A stretch of DNA of 64,000 nt from Tubiluchus corallicola (GCA_030141605.1 JAQGDQ010001004.1:7169-71168); one strand, 5' to 3'. Numbered from the stretch's first letter, positions 26,241-42,029 are shown. Numbers and translations: made by a program. Notes: a model not told the origin generated them from the letters alone.

Positions 26241-26800
26241 TGACACCCATTAAATACTAAAATAAGATAAATAAAAACATTAAATTATTGTCATTCACTG
26301 AATAAAAATAGTCATTAGGGTGCGGAAGAGACGCGCAGAGATATACTGCTTAAGTGCGCCTTTGAATGTTATACAACATTACAGAATGTTCTAAATAAAG
26401 GAATATTAAACAATGCAATTTGTTTGCATGTGCCAAACATTATACAAATACTGATTTAAGTCCAAAGTGCTTAAACGTTTCCGGAAAAATTTATTGTACA
26501 TAGCAGTGACCAAAGGATGTCCGTTTGCATGAGATGATAGGGAATTCTATATTGACACTACACGGTTTGAGAAGAAATGAGGAAACTAGTTTTGGAAACG
26601 CGTTTCACGTATTATCGGTTATTACAAAGCTAAAAAACATGTCAGAGTCTATATCCACTTCTTTGTATATGATATTATAACAAATGACTGTCGTTTTTAG
26701 AGACGTCTTTCTTCAAGAGATTCTAAATCTAGTAACTTTAGCCTTTCATGGTAAGATACATAATTTAGTACACAAAGTATCAAACCAATCTTTATTAACG
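26241..26800 (-). mobile_element. 3' fragment of a CR1-group LINE
   Basis: The minus strand gives degenerate LESLEERR...and HFFSNRVVSI*NSLS...VTA...FRKRL, the usual FFSNRVV.WN.L C-terminal motif of CR1 ORF2. Confidence 0.75.
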
Positions 26801-27931
26801 CTGACAATTTCATATTCAACAAATGTCGCAAATGGAATTAATAATTAACAGACAGTAAAAACCAAAAGAAACAGAAGACATGATTAGTTTTGGAACCAGA
26901 ATGAGGTGTCACGAGTCAATTTGCATGGACGTTTTTTCTTGCCCAAAAGTATGATTAAGCACAAATATTACAGGCGAACACCAGTGTTACAATCTCCATC
27001 AGCTTCATTCATTCAAGATAATTGCTTATGATGGATGCGAATGATTTTAAAGGAAGCTTCGGCAAGATCTGCGAGAATGGAGACGCTCATGCATTATTTA
27101 TCATGAAGCCGTGGGATTTTTTTGAATTTTGGCGAGGATAATAAAACGACCAGCGACGAGATAAAACAGCTGAATTGTTAAACAAGATTGCCACAACAAA
27201 CAAAGAATTAGAAACCGCAGGGATGTAGATGCTGTACATGATCACTTCATTCCATCAGACGAAGATGAACTGTAGAGCTCTACGCCTTTCGCAAAAACGT
27301 TTATTGCGCAAGAAAATACCAAGTAACTCAGAAAGCACACAGTGGTAACATGGAGTTCCCTAATAATAAGTTTCCTTAGATTCGATCTGAGAAAATTATG
27401 AACTGCTTCGGGATTCTGCTATGACTAAAACATTGAACATTTAGATACCTAGAAACTAATACGTAATAAACTTAGGTATTGCCCTGGAGAAAGACTTGGT
27501 AATTAGTACTGCATGGCGGTTTAAATTTAATAAGATTGATAATATTATATTTGTTATGATAATATTGCACGTGTGAATTTTAATTCACCTTTACGGGAGG
27601 CAAGTGTGCAATGTGTAACTGGAACTTTGACTCTGCCAATATTTGGCATGAATAATGGGTTATGTGTACGCTATTCAAGTTATGCCAGCACTTACTTAAA
27701 TTGACTCATCAGCAGACTGAGTATCAATCCATTCACACACTTTTCTTCTTCCTTTTTCCACTTTCCTTGATTTTTTTTCTTATCTTTCTTTCACATTTTC
27801 CTTTCTTGCCTTCTTTGTTTGCATGTCTGATTGGGCTTGGCAGGTCGGACGCCTCACTGCTTTTTTACATACTCTTGTACACAGATTCCCCTCCTTGTTT
27901 CACATTTCAGGTTTATACAATCTACTATAAC

Positions 27932-29247
27932 CAGGGCACTTTATTTATGACTTTAGTCATAAATTGCATAAATAGCTTATTTAATACTAATTTCAGATTT
28001 TATTTATGACTATTTATGACGTGTCAAATTTTGACCAAAAATGCCATCCTGAGCTAAAAGAAATACATATTTTTAATCAGAATCTTGTATTTTGCCTTTC
28101 TTCGTTCTTCATTACATTAAAATGTAATAAAAATGTCTACTTTCATCATTCCAAGGCCTGAAGTTTCTCGTATTGTTTTGCATGCAGGCATCCCTCCAGA
28201 CTGAAATCCGTGATCGTGTTTATAATAATTATAGTATCGGTTTTAATTTGTTTAGGATGACCTATAAAATTACTGCTCATAAAAATCAATCTATTAATTA
28301 ATTCGTACAGTCACAATTCGTAGCCACAATTAGTACAAGTAAATAATGTATTTTTTTAAATATCGATTTTAAATTTAATGTTGGAAAATACTATTGGCTA
28401 TTACATCTTTCTAGGGAACCGTCACGTATGTTTTCTAATTAAAATTACATTAAGCAAAATAACTAAACAAGAAAAACAGTTAAATTTTAATGACAATGAA
28501 GCAACAAATTCTCCCAAAGATAAAATATGCTCAAATTCTAGCAGACGGCATTATTCTTATTTCTTGAGGATGAGGCAGTAAGGCACGGGAAACGCTTGCG
28601 GCAAACTCGAGCTAAAACCTACACCCAAGCCATTGACTTACGCCGCTTACGGGTAAGCATCGAAGTTCGGTTCGATTCGAATTCGAAAGTCACAAATTCG
28701 GTTCGATTCGAATTCGCTTTCTGGTAGAGAATGCTCACCCCTAACGCCGCTAGGATGAGAAAGGCACTGAAATGAACGTGCAAAGAAAAGAATTAGAAGT
28801 GTAGATTTCTGTTATTGTGCAGAGCGTAGGTTTGAGGCGGCAGAACTTTAGGACATTAAAATAGGTAAGCTGTCTTTAATTCAAATTTTCGATGGAACGA
28901 CAACGATTCTGTCGGTGCCTATTTATTTTTTCGCGGTAACGCGCTCATTTACTTTTTATTATTTAGGTTGCTTCTAGACGAGTTAATGACAGATAAACGC
29001 ATCAGTTAGACAGTCTCAGTTACTGTGTTAGTCCACCAAACAGTCACGCGCAAGCTTCTTATGGACTGCCTGTGTGTGTGGGAGAGAGAGAGAGAGAGAG
29101 ACGGTGGAAACAGTTTTCTGTACTGAATTTTTTGTTCCATTCATCGGGAAATGATTATTTTTCTTTCGTTATTTATGACAAATTTGAAATCTTATTTATG
29201 ACTATTTATGACTATTTTGCAAGAAAAGTCATAAATAAAGTGCCCTG
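27932..29247. mobile_element. Non-autonomous hAT-type DNA transposon (1316 bp)
   Basis: Perfect 23-bp TIRs CAGGGCACTTTATTTATGACTTT. Perfect 8-bp TSD ACTATAAC (27924-27931 and 29248-29255). Subterminal TATTTATGAC repeats, no transposase. Confidence 0.93.
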
Positions 29248-29472
29248 ACTATAACCTTCTTAAACTGCTACAATAGTATTGTCATAAATTGATGCTGTTT
29301 GCAATCATCATACTTATTAGCTTGAACTAAAAATATAAAAATGATTACTACTATGGATACGCTATTGATGTGAGATAAATAAACAGACATTGAATAGTTC
29401 GTTCATTCGTTGATTTTCATACCTGCTGCTTGTTTGTTTATCGGTTGGTTGTCTTGTTACTTGCTCAAGTAA

Positions 29473-29850
29473 GGCCCATTACAGACACGCAATTTTAAGC
29501 TGCAGCAATTTTACTGGTGTACCAAAACCGTGCGTAATTTTATATTGCGCAACTGGCACTATGAAGCTTGAATAGGTTGCATGTATTTGTGCATTATTAA
29601 TTCATATAAAAAGTCCTTGGCTGACTCTATAACTCATATAAAAAGTCCTTGGCTGACTCTATAACTAGCCAGTGATTACTGAAAAAATAAGCTCTACGAC
29701 GACTTACGAAACCCATCCCAGAAAATTCTTTGGTTATTGTGGGATGAGACCAAGTAAATTTCATATTGCTGCGTCAAGTGCAGAAAAAATACTACCTCAG
29801 AAAAACAACCCGTATTTTTGGGCTTCTCTTACTGCTTAATGTAATGGCCC
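29473..29850. mobile_element. Putative PIF/Harbinger-type MITE
   Basis: Imperfect TIRs GGCCCATTACA ... TGTAATGGCCC with TAA on the left and TTTA on the right. Contains an internal 32-bp tandem duplication (~29602-29666). Confidence 0.5.
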
Positions 29851-32800
29851 TTTATGGGCATGTTTTACAACATAATCTATGCAAAATTGAAGTACACTCA
29901 GATATCAGCTGTAATATACTAGCAAACATTACCTTGGGAACAAAAACTGCAAAAAAAGTGAATAAATGAGAGCACCTGTGCAGTTAAAAGACTCGAAATC
30001 CAAGTACAAACGTTGCTTAGTCGTCTTAGTTCATATGAAGAGGTTAAATTATATTTAGTCGTCCGAATGTTTTAGCATGTCGTATCCTGGAGAGGGCGTG
30101 AAGTCGGTGAAGCATCTTTCGAAGGTAAGTACACTGAAGTTGATTATTTTACAAAATCCAGTGAAATATCGTTACCGAACGTCACTCGTAGAACTTTTGT
30201 GAAAAAACGATAGTTAGGCTGTTATTTACTTTAAATACTTAGTTGTAAAATTTTTGTACTTAAATACTTATAGTAAACTGTTCTTTAGCTTAGTAAACTT
30301 ACTTTGTTTTAAGATAATTTACTTGCCACAAACTTGAGGGGCACCGCATTTGCAGATCATTCTGTTAATTCGTCTATCCATCTCTTCGTCCAAGGAATCA
30401 CACAGCGAATGGTCCCACAGCTCATTCAATGTTAACGAACAGATAAGCGATCTATCGCCATAAATAAATTTATGATGATCTCCCGGGTGTTTTGAAACGA
30501 TTTTGCGGGTTGCTTTGTGGCTGAGGTGTACTTTTTCAGATCCGCGCCCCACTTGTAATGCAAATATCGGAAAACATAATGCAATGAGTACAACTCATCA
30601 TTTACACTATCAAAAAAACAAGCAAAAAATGCCTACAAAACGCTTGTTAAAGCAAAATCCACAACTGACATAAATAACTATGATAAAGAAAATAAGACTA
30701 CGACGTTTATACAGGAAAGAGCCATCCTCTAGAAATCAACATGGTGTTTATTAAACGCGGATGATCGTTTTCACAGCAACTGTCATTATTTTTGGCTATG
30801 GAAAATGCAATTATGTATAAATAGTGATTTATTCTCCTAACACTTATTACAGTGATAACATGTTTTTCCCACTATGTAGACTTTGCTTGTGTTACAATGC
30901 TTGCTGTAACTATGATCCTTGCCTGAATCTCATATATAAGGTCCAATTTTTTACGTTTTCTTTATGAACCTCTTTCTAAGTTGTTTTCAAATGTATTCTG
31001 ACAATTTATATTTTGCTCTTGATTTTGCCACGAGATTTTTTGCTTTGGTTTGTAATATAAAAAAATGTATTAATCCCTTGTTTTGGCTTGATTTCCAGCA
31101 TTGACAGTGACAGTTGCTGATGAAACTATCGTCTGCGCTTAGTAAGCGCCATACCACGTTTATATTTTGATTGAATTGTATTGTGCAATTAGTTATACAA
31201 AGTTTTAAATAGCTAACTCTTATTAATCAGACTTATATTACACTTTTATGGTCGTGTCAAATTTCTGTTCTTGCATGATTTCTGTTCTTACCAAGACTTT
31301 GTGTGTGCATTTTCAATATCGGCTGTAGATTTCATAAATTCTTGGCATTTTTGCATTCATGCTTTACTTGTGTGATTGTTGGAGCTCTGGCCTAATAGAT
31401 GATTATTGACGTAATGAGCGTGTGTTCATCCAACTCTACTGCTTCGCAGGACCAGGCAGCTGCTGCTTCAGGATTCCCGGACAGAAATGTTTATGAACTT
31501 TGGTCATAATTCCTACATATTCGTTTACCATTTATAACTTCATAAAACCGAATGTGTAACATTTTTACTGAACCGCTAAGACATACCTGCCATAAGTACT
31601 TTTTTCTGTCACCTGTTTTGACCTTTATTGCGCACCTCTGCTTATCAGATGAGGAATAATAGTGGAAAAACGTAAAAATATTAACCAGGTTTCTGGTATT
31701 AAAGAAACGTTTACTGCTGCTTTCGAGGAGAAGATTGTACATCTTTATTATACAGCTATAGTATACGAACGTTGCCAAGACTCAGGGTCCCACAGCCACA
31801 AATACATAAATCGACAGTCTTTCAATGTAAGAAGGATGTCTTAGCGTTTAGTACTCTCATTGCAAAACACTCTTTGCAAAACTGAAAAAACTGAAAAAAA
31901 CTTGAAAGAAAGCTTTCGCCAGAAACGTAGCTAGACCTAAGCGAGGAAACGACCTAACGGCATGCGGAATAACGTCTCTTAACGGCTAAGGTATGTGATT
32001 TCTGGCAGACAGACAGACAAACAAATACAGATGCTCTTGTTTTTGCATCCAATTGATTCAAAATCTAAAAAGTTTTTGTACATCAACCCATTACACAAAG
32101 TCTTAGACCTTACGTACGCATCAATACCAAACAAAGTACAAACCAATGAAGGCTTTTTGCGAATATTATTCTTCCTAGAAAATTCAATAGCTTCTAAATT
32201 TTCAGCAGCTTGACAGTTAACAACAATTTCGCTTCATACAATGTTTTATCAACCAGGAACTACACATGTGGTCGTAACAGAAAATCTCTCCAGGCAAATA
32301 AAAGATTCTCTCGGTATTTTCTTCTGAAATTAACCTTATGCAAACACGGCCTTTATGGATTTCTTCGCCAAACAGTTTAGGATGTCCGCTAGAAAACCTA
32401 ACGGACGTTGCGAGATTTTCGCAGGCTGGCAAAACATAACGTGAAATCGATGCAGTAAAATGCGCATGTTACAAGAATAAAAGTCGTGAATGAAACACCA
32501 TTTAAACGATATAACCTTGTGTAAAACGCGAGATAAGGATAAATGTGTATAATACGTCGAATTTGTAAAATCCTTGAAGTTGAATAGGAACTAAACACCT
32601 TTGAAAGAAGATAGTAAAAATGTCACATTGAGCAGTTGTATAAATTTAGACCATAAGTTGAAATGCCTCGTGTTTGCATTGCTAGACTGCTGGACTCACA
32701 AAAAAGTAAAGCAACAGAGGGTACAATGTTCTAATACAATTTTAATAATCTGTTGTATGGCGAACAATGGGCGCCATGTTGTGCAGCAGAAAAATTGCAT

Positions 32801-33872
32801 TCGATTGTGTGGCAAAACAGCTCAAGATTAAGTAAAACTTTATGCAAGTTAGCAGTCTCCCTTTGCGCAAGCGTGGCATTTAAATCTATGATTCTGACTA
32901 ACTGATGGCCACGATAAATGACAGATAAATGTGTATGTATCATGTATGTGATTTATTGACCAACAAAATGATAATAACGTTACAAATTAAAGGGTAGATA
33001 TAACAAGTTAGTCTACAGCAAGACTCATCATTCACCACTACATCAGTGGCGTCACTAAAATACAATTTGGGCGCATGTTTAAAACTTTTAGCAAAATAAT
33101 TGGCTAGCATTACACACAAAAGAGCAAATTAGCATCTTATAGTTAATTATAGACATTTAGGGAAAACATAACACACATGAAACATTTATGTACACACTCG
33201 ACGTGTTTATAAGTATCATTATAAAAAACTTATGCAAATACTGGTCACTGCTTTTCAAATTTTAGTACAAACGCTCAGCAGCATACATCATTGTACTCCA
33301 TCATGCTACAACAGTAATTTTTTAAAGGTCCGCGAACACCCTGGTAGACACTTGCTGTTAAAATTCACTACTCACCTCGTCCTTCTCATAACATTGTCTC
33401 ATCAAGAACATTTGCCTCTTTTCATTTCTTGCACTTTTGTATCATATTTTGTGTGTAACATAAAATTTTCTAGAGCCCCAAATCGTCCACCTCCTTTTAC
33501 ATCGTAGTACCACCTGATTCTTACGACAAAAAGTCCGCTGAAAGGGGGTGGTACTAGGTAGGGTACCTGCATTATATACGTTGACTGGGCCCAGCCCTTC
33601 AAAAGGGTTTTTGAAGTTGTCTTGGACTCAGTGATAGCACTCAGATATACTTGAACCTGGCAGTGTGGAATAAACTAGCTTAGTCAGTGTTAAAGAGCAA
33701 AGGACAACAGAAGTTCTGAAGAATGTCAATTGGGAGTAAGCTAACTTACTCTCCTTAGCATTAATATAATAATAATGGCTACAAGTTTCGGCGTGCAGAA
33801 GCTGCTGACAACGCTCTATACTGTACACTGGAATGTTATTGCATTTTCGTTTAAAATCCTCTGGCTCCAGTG

Positions 33873-34145
33873 GTTAAAACACAAGAAAACACCCTTCATA
33901 AATAAAGCTTCAAAATTCGTTCTGAAATTTTATATCATTTAAATGTTGTCTTATTGCATACAGGGTTTGGCAGTAACGCTATATAAAACTTTTCAATTTA
34001 AACGCCAGCGATGACCGTTGGTCATAGCCATTTTAATGGTAACTCGTTTGAAACAAATTTCATGTAGATAACATTGCGCAAAGTTTGAAAAAATAATCAT
34101 CAGAACATTCATTGTGCGCTCGTTGCTAATTAAGCAAAAGTTTAA
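33873..34145 (-). mobile_element. Partial copy of the Kolobok-like MITE family
   Basis: TTAAAACACAAGAAAACACCCTTCATAAATAAAGC...TGTCTTATTG-ATACAG...CAGTAACGCT is colinear with 42026-42275. Confidence 0.75.
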
Positions 34146-36389
34146 ATAAATGTTGACTGTTGTGTTGTGCTAGTGAAGTACACTGTAAAAGTAGTTGTAG
34201 ATTATTATGTAACTGTGTAGCAGAAACAGCGAAGATCTGAGTAGGATAAACTCCTGCTGCTCCATCTGCTGCTACTATTACATACAGCTTTGTTATCTTA
34301 ATTACGCGATTTCATTATCATCCGCGGACAATTAAAACGAAACTTAATTCATCGGCGCTTCTGAAATCATCTTCGAGCTTTGTGGAAACCGTTTCAACGT
34401 CAAGTCTTAATTAGAATAAAATCTCTGGAGAAGACAGCTATTGCCTGTTTGCATAATAGGTTCAATTTGAATACGTAAAAGCAATAGTAATTAAAACATT
34501 TTACTGCACTCGCTTGAGTGGTTTCGCTGAACCCTTGAAATCTTCTTTCACGCTCCGCTATAACCGTGAAGTGTTATATTTCTAACAAGATTATCTCAGA
34601 ATTGCTTAACCGCCGACAGGAAGATCTGCAGCAAAAACCATTAATGAACTCTTATCAGTTATGTCACGCGCATAAAACACAGTAAGTAGTTCGTGGCGAA
34701 AGAGTTAAGTTAAGTAGTTCTTCGTAATTGATCGTCACCCTAGAGCGTTATTCGTTCAAATTGACGGGCGCATTAATAAGGGACTTCTGCCGTAAAGAGT
34801 TCTGACTAAAATATCTACAAACGGCAACGTTCGAGAAAAATTGTGAACAGCTGCGATAAATTGGGATGCTCAGTAAAGGAAGCTTTAAAATATTGACGTT
34901 TAATGGAGGTTGTAAGCACCCCTCTTATTCGAGTTGGATCTGACTGAGTGGTTCTCGATGTGCCCTCTGGGTGTGCAGTGAATCGTGTAATACAAATCTA
35001 AGTACAATTTCATGCTGCAAATCATTACTTCGTTAGCATTGTACGGAAGCTTCGCGCGCGCAGCATCTTCCTAGCGATGAAGGTGCAGCATCTCTCCAAT
35101 GATCAACTAGCTGAGATCTTCATTACAGTTGGGTGGGTGTTGTCGTCCTCGCGCCTGTCACCAAATCAAAATGTCTGAAATGTACCAACAAAATAATACG
35201 CAATAAAGCAATTCCTTGATGTGAAATTAAAAACTGCCTTCTTTTTGTTAGTAAATTGACAGTCGAATAGAAAGTCGCGTCATAATCTAGTAGTAGCAGT
35301 AGCAGTAGCAGTAGTAGTAGTAGGAGGAGGAGGAGTTTTTGTGGACGAATTTTTACAACATAATTCTTCCTGTGACGGTTGAGTTCTTTTAATGACAATT
35401 TGACTTGGTCCGTGTACCTTCTTATTAAATAAACTTCAAAGATGGTTTGACTACACTCGTACATAATCAAAGCACTTGTTTGCAAAAAGGATGTTAAAAA
35501 AGCCAAGTCTTGTCCTGTGGCCACAGGTTCAAGTAAGGGAAATAAAATGACAACACGCATATAGCAGTTAGCAACTGATGGTGTTACGAAGGATTGCAAG
35601 AGATTTTTGCACAATTTTCTCCGCACTGCTCATTATATTTGATGCTATTTGATTTTTAACCAATATATTTCCTCCTACTTCTCACACAGGAAGAAGAAAT
35701 GCAAGAACGCAAGTGCAAGTTCGTGTTGCGTAATTTTGTTTTGTGGTTCCTTAAGAAACAGCCAACCGCTGCAAAAGAAGCCTGCGAGAAATTTAGAAGC
35801 CAGAATTGGATTTCTGTACAGGATTGCGTACTTGATTGATAAGTGTATTTCTGCAGACAATGAGATTTATCATTGATGAAGAATGACTATATTCAGCATC
35901 CATTTTGTGCTCAATACTTTCCATAACTTCACAGCATAGATGCAAACAACGATTAGAGAAAATCCGATTGTCTTTTACTTCGTTTTGGGTCTTTGATGAA
36001 ACTGACTTGTTATCAAGAGTAAAAAATGTTGTAGTTAAGAAGAGGCTTTCTAAGCCTGGCTGGGAAAACAGTTTTCTTAATTAAATTTTTCGAAATTTTA
36101 ATTCTGGAGTTTTGATTAAACACAAACATCAACCCTCATCTCGACGGCGGGATTTGCCTCAAATGATGAGCGAATTAATTAAACATTAATAATTGCGAGA
36201 ATGAAGGAAGGATAAGGCAAAATGAACGAAAGAACGAATGAGCTGTCAGACGGATAGATCATACTCTCTTCAGAGACTCGATGTCATCGCCTGAACTATA
36301 TTGGGAGTTTCTACGAAAACTCCCTCCTGTTGCTCTAAACATCTATTGCAGGCATTGAGCCTCTATCATTTATTAGAGCAACCCACTGT

Positions 36390-37090
36390 TTTCTGTTTGT
36401 AAAATGTTCAACTCCTGTGGTGCTATTGTAAAGTTTGGTCTCAACTGTTGTAAATCTTTATTAATTCTTGATACCCAAGTTGTTTTTTTTTGGTTTGCAT
36501 GGAGATCGTTTAGCAGGTTTCAGTGCCACGGTAATGCTAATCTTACTGTCCTGTGGTATCTCATTAAATGTCCTAGCCTTCTTGCTCTGATTTGAGTAAA
36601 GATTCTCGTTGCTTCTGTTATACAGCTGCTCATTTGAAATGATATGGACATAACATTTTTAAGACTTTTCTGTGTAGACCTCTGTAGAACACATTTATTT
36701 CTGCTTTTCGAGTTGCAGTCAAACCCCAAATTTCACCGTTGTACATAAAGACACCAGTTACATACGCATTGAAAAGTCTCAGCCTTGTTATATTCTTGCT
36801 GGTAAGAATTGCTTTATTTTGGATAAAACTGTACATTGGCCACTATTTCCTATTCTATTTTTGATATCATTTTCTGTGTTAAGTAGTGAGCCCATGTGGT
36901 TGCAACGTTTCCAAGAATGATCTCCATCCTGGAAATGTTATATTCTTCAGTTTTCGTATTGCTGACTTTAAGATTTCTTTTTCTAGTAATTCAGAGCAGT
37001 GTTTTTTAACAGTACTGTTGCGGAATTTTGAAATACTAATCCTTCCAATGTCGTCGGCGTATTGTTGGTCTAATAATACTAGGCGTCATG
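36390..37090 (-). mobile_element. Decayed RTE-like LINE (RT C-terminal part)
   Basis: Minus strand: LLDQQYADDI (YADD at ~37050-37061), GSLLNTENDIKNRI, RLRLFNAYVTGVFMYNGEIWGLT, LGHLMR. Several frameshifts. Confidence 0.8.
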
Positions 37091-38600
37091 ATACTTCTAA
37101 CTGAAATTCAACTACCACACAATATACCTACTGGTAATTATAGTAAATGCAATGGGCAGAAAGAATACATTTTGACATTCATTGAATGTTAGCTGCGCTA
37201 TCACACTACAAACAGTTATTCTGCAAACGTGCTTCGACTATAAGACGATACATCATATATACATTGTACACTGAGGGTTGACTGACAAGCCAATGAAAAC
37301 GATGGTCTATAAATTAATTTAAATTGCAAATTACAACAAGTACAACTGTTTCCAAAATTCCGTAAATTTTTGTACGGATTTAAAATGCATCCGAACTCAG
37401 TAAATTTGAGCGACTCCCGTCTCATAAGTCTGATCTAATCGTAATCGACACATAAATTGAACTGCTGGCAGTACCTCGTCGACAAAGGTTAAAATTACCC
37501 AGATTGGTTCAGTACCAGCAGATGCGGAGGCCAAGCAGAGCATCCGCGAAACAATGGAATGATGTGTAGGAAAATCGATACCTTTATTTGCAAATTATGT
37601 GAAGTAGTTTCAAAAACAATGATGAAGCAGAGTTTACACTGTCGTGGTTAAGTTAACTGAACTAATAAAAGAAGCAGAGAAGGCCATTTTATATATTTGC
37701 AACTGAGAACACTCATTTTGCTGCAAATCTGACTAAATTTATTATACAAAATCACACAATAACATTTCGAGAACTAACTAGTTCTTATCGTTAAATCTTT
37801 AATAAAAAAATCTAAAGAATTCTACGATTTCAAAAACAGATACATGGCAACTCCGCAAATTTTTTCTGAATTAGAATTGTTATGTTTACCTCTGTTTTTT
37901 AAATTATGGAATTCTTTAATTTTTTTGTGACGGACGTGATGATCAAAGAGTTCACTATAAAACCAGCCCAAAAACCTAGAAAATCTGCTTATACAGTTAA
38001 TTATTTTGCCACCGAATAACGTACAGGGAAGCAACTTCTATTCTAATTTTGTTGTCCATAAAATGGCCGTATAAAACCACTTCATTATGGAAAAGATTGG
38101 TATAGCAGTTCTAAAAAACTTTGATTAGCTTGCCTAACAGTGATTTTATAGTACACTCTCAAAGTTTCTTTATTGTCGGTCATGAAATAAATTCTGTGTA
38201 TGTACAAACAATACGCAAATTTGCCTTGATCATTAAATTTCGTGACGAAGACGAAATGATGCATTGAGCACTGGCCTTCATTTCTGTGTAGTTCAAAGAT
38301 GCGAATTAGCGTGCCATTTTCGATTTTTAAGGGAATTGCACTTCCAATGTTCACAAAAGACAATGGTGGAAACATTGCTGAATAAAACGGCTGAGTGGTC
38401 ACTGTATGCTTAGCCAAGCAATAGCAAACCTGGTCAGCAAATTGACTGATGTCACACTGTCCCGGTTATTTATTTTGCTGAATCTAATAGCGAATATGAA
38501 AGTGACCAAGATACTTCTGCTTGTTCACTGCTCATCTTAGAAGATATTCACTGATAACTTCCTAGATTCCTGGATTCCTGTCCGCCCAAACGTCAATATA

Positions 38601-39537
<937 letters not shown>

Positions 39538-41314
39538 TAATTTTGTTATAAATTCGTCTTTTATAACAAATTAGCACTTTGCGTAATACTGTAGCTGCTG
39601 CAGCTAAATTAGAAGAGAGATGGCATTCGGTCTTACCAAGATGATTGATGTGATCCGAATCTCAGTGGACTTCAGAAATCCTAGTGAGGAATAATGCGAT
39701 AAACTGTATTTAAACAATGTTCATTACTGATAATGTTTCCTGTTCCTATACTTGCATTAAATAGCAGTGCCTGGAGACGTACAAAGTTATAACATAGTAC
39801 AGGGAAGGATCAAAGTGGGCACTATGGTATTTACGCATTTTCAACAGCTAATCAAACATTGGACATATATGAAGCTAACGAAGTAAAACATCGTATTCTA
39901 GTCTATTTGCTCAAGACTGACTAGAAGAGCACAGACTGTTTGCTCAGAACAGAAATAGGACATATGGCATTGGTTAGAAGCCAATGGCATTTGTTGGTTT
40001 CCTATATTTACGTAACGCACAGAGAATCGAATAGTTGATTCAATCTCGTAATATTAGCCAGGAACTCTAAATAAAGTACTGTAAGTCAAATGTTTTTTGC
40101 CCTTACCGTATTCTAATGTCAAGTCAATAATTCCCTTGATTTGTTTTAATTTATTAGTCACAAAACTGTAAGCCACTGTCATAAAACCTTCAGCAGGTTG
40201 TAAAAAGGCAATGCTACAACCGAAGAGTTTTGCAGGGAATTTAAGCTGTTTCAAAAACACCAGAAGTTAACTGATCAAAATAACCATCACAAACGGATTC
40301 CATGATGTTGAAAATTAGGCATATTATAATTATTGTAGCAAAGCACAAAACGGCCACAGAAAACACGATTGCATAATACAAAAATCATGGATTCCAACCA
40401 TGTTATATGTGGGCATTTTAATGATTATTTTTCTAGACAAACTAAGATACACTAGTCACACGTCTAAATAACAAATTTGCTCTGTTAGAACCCTGGTAGA
40501 ACGCTTATAGCTCAGGTTAACTAGTTAAATGCTGTGAAGTATAAAGAAATAGAAAAGCAAGAAGAACAACTTGGTCAGGACAAAAGTGAAACCCAAACAG
40601 GCATTTCACAAAAAATATATGAAAACGACAAAATTCCACAACATTCTTGACATTCAGTGAGACCGAAACGACGTTCGTTGACATCTACTTTAAAAGTCTT
40701 GTTGTCAAAGTGACTAAAAGATTTCTCCTGTTTCGATTTCTACAAAAATGTTCATATTTTATTGATAAATGGCTGCAACCAACAAGTAAAAATAGAATAT
40801 ATATTTGATCTAAACGACATTATGTGTCATATGAGAAAATAGGGTATTAGAAAACATTTTCTCATATACACACCACGTATAATCTTAATCTACTACACTC
40901 CACTACACTTGGTTCTACCCACCGTGACCACAGCTTTGTTTGTAAATTTTAAAACACAAGCGCTTTTGTACAATATAATTTACAGCTTTTTGATGTATTA
41001 TTTATTAATTTTGCAAAGAAAAGATCGCTCTACAAAGAAGCCCTCTGACGCATTTCCTCAAATATTGATTAGCTATCCCTAGTCGGGCATTTGAATTACA
41101 TTACGTGGAATGTGTGTGCATAATTGACGATTACTAGGTAGGTTTTATAGTGGTGGAGAGGAACCTAGGTGGGATAGAGTCACCGGAAGTGTGGTGAAGG
41201 GTACTGTAATTATTGTTGCGAGGAAAGTAATCACACCAAACGTCCAGATATTATTTCTCTTGTTTATTCAATAGTAAAAGCTTGTGGCAAGTCAAATGCC
41301 CAATAATTAAAAAA

Positions 41315-41600
41315 GCCTAGTTTTTTTCTGAGCAGAACGATGGTTTTACTCAAGAAAGCATAGGTTTTCCTCATGAGAATGTGACTTTGGTTTAGAAATT
41401 CACGGATTTTGTTCAGAAAACCACAATTTCGTTTACAAAACCCTACTTTCACTGCAGAAATTATAGGTTTCGCTTTTGAAAGCCATAATTTCGCTCAGAA
41501 ATTTTGCGTTTCAATGAAAAAAACCGAGACTTTGGTCAGAAAGTTCGAGTTCGCTAGAAAACAAAGGCGTCTCCGCTCACAAATCTCAGATTTTACTAGA
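41315..41600. repeat. Highly diverged ~21-bp minisatellite with alternating T-tracts and A-tracts
   Basis: Recurring TTT(C/G)(G/A)CTCAGAAA pattern about every 21 bp. Confidence 0.6.
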
Positions 41601-42029
41601 CTTTGGCTCACCTATAGCCTACATTTATTTTAATATTGTTAGTGAGTAAAAAGGCATTCGTGAATTGTAATTTGTTATCATTTCTGAATGCCCTACTCTC
41701 CAACTGTGTCATAATTGTTTGACTTATAACGTCTTACCTGTGACAACATTGTGATTTACTGATTTACCGCAAATTTCAACCATTTTTGTATAGTTTTGAT
41801 ACAGGCTGAAAATAAAGACGACTAGTTCGAAAGCATTTGATTAAAAGCTTCACCAAACTTTTGCATGTTTTTTAACTACTTCTATCTAGTTGGTATACAT
41901 AGCGTTGATACAGGCAATTTCTCATCTATTTCTAAACAGCACAAAGCAAACATTACAGAATAAAGAACGCACAGAACGCTTTTCAGGTGGTGAGTTATTC
42001 GCTTAATAACAAGCCCCAACATTACTTAA

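Noticed and set aside
33860-33880. tRNA/SINE A-box-like TGGCTCCAGTGGTTAA
   Set aside because: No B-box or cloverleaf follows. It runs into a MITE terminus.
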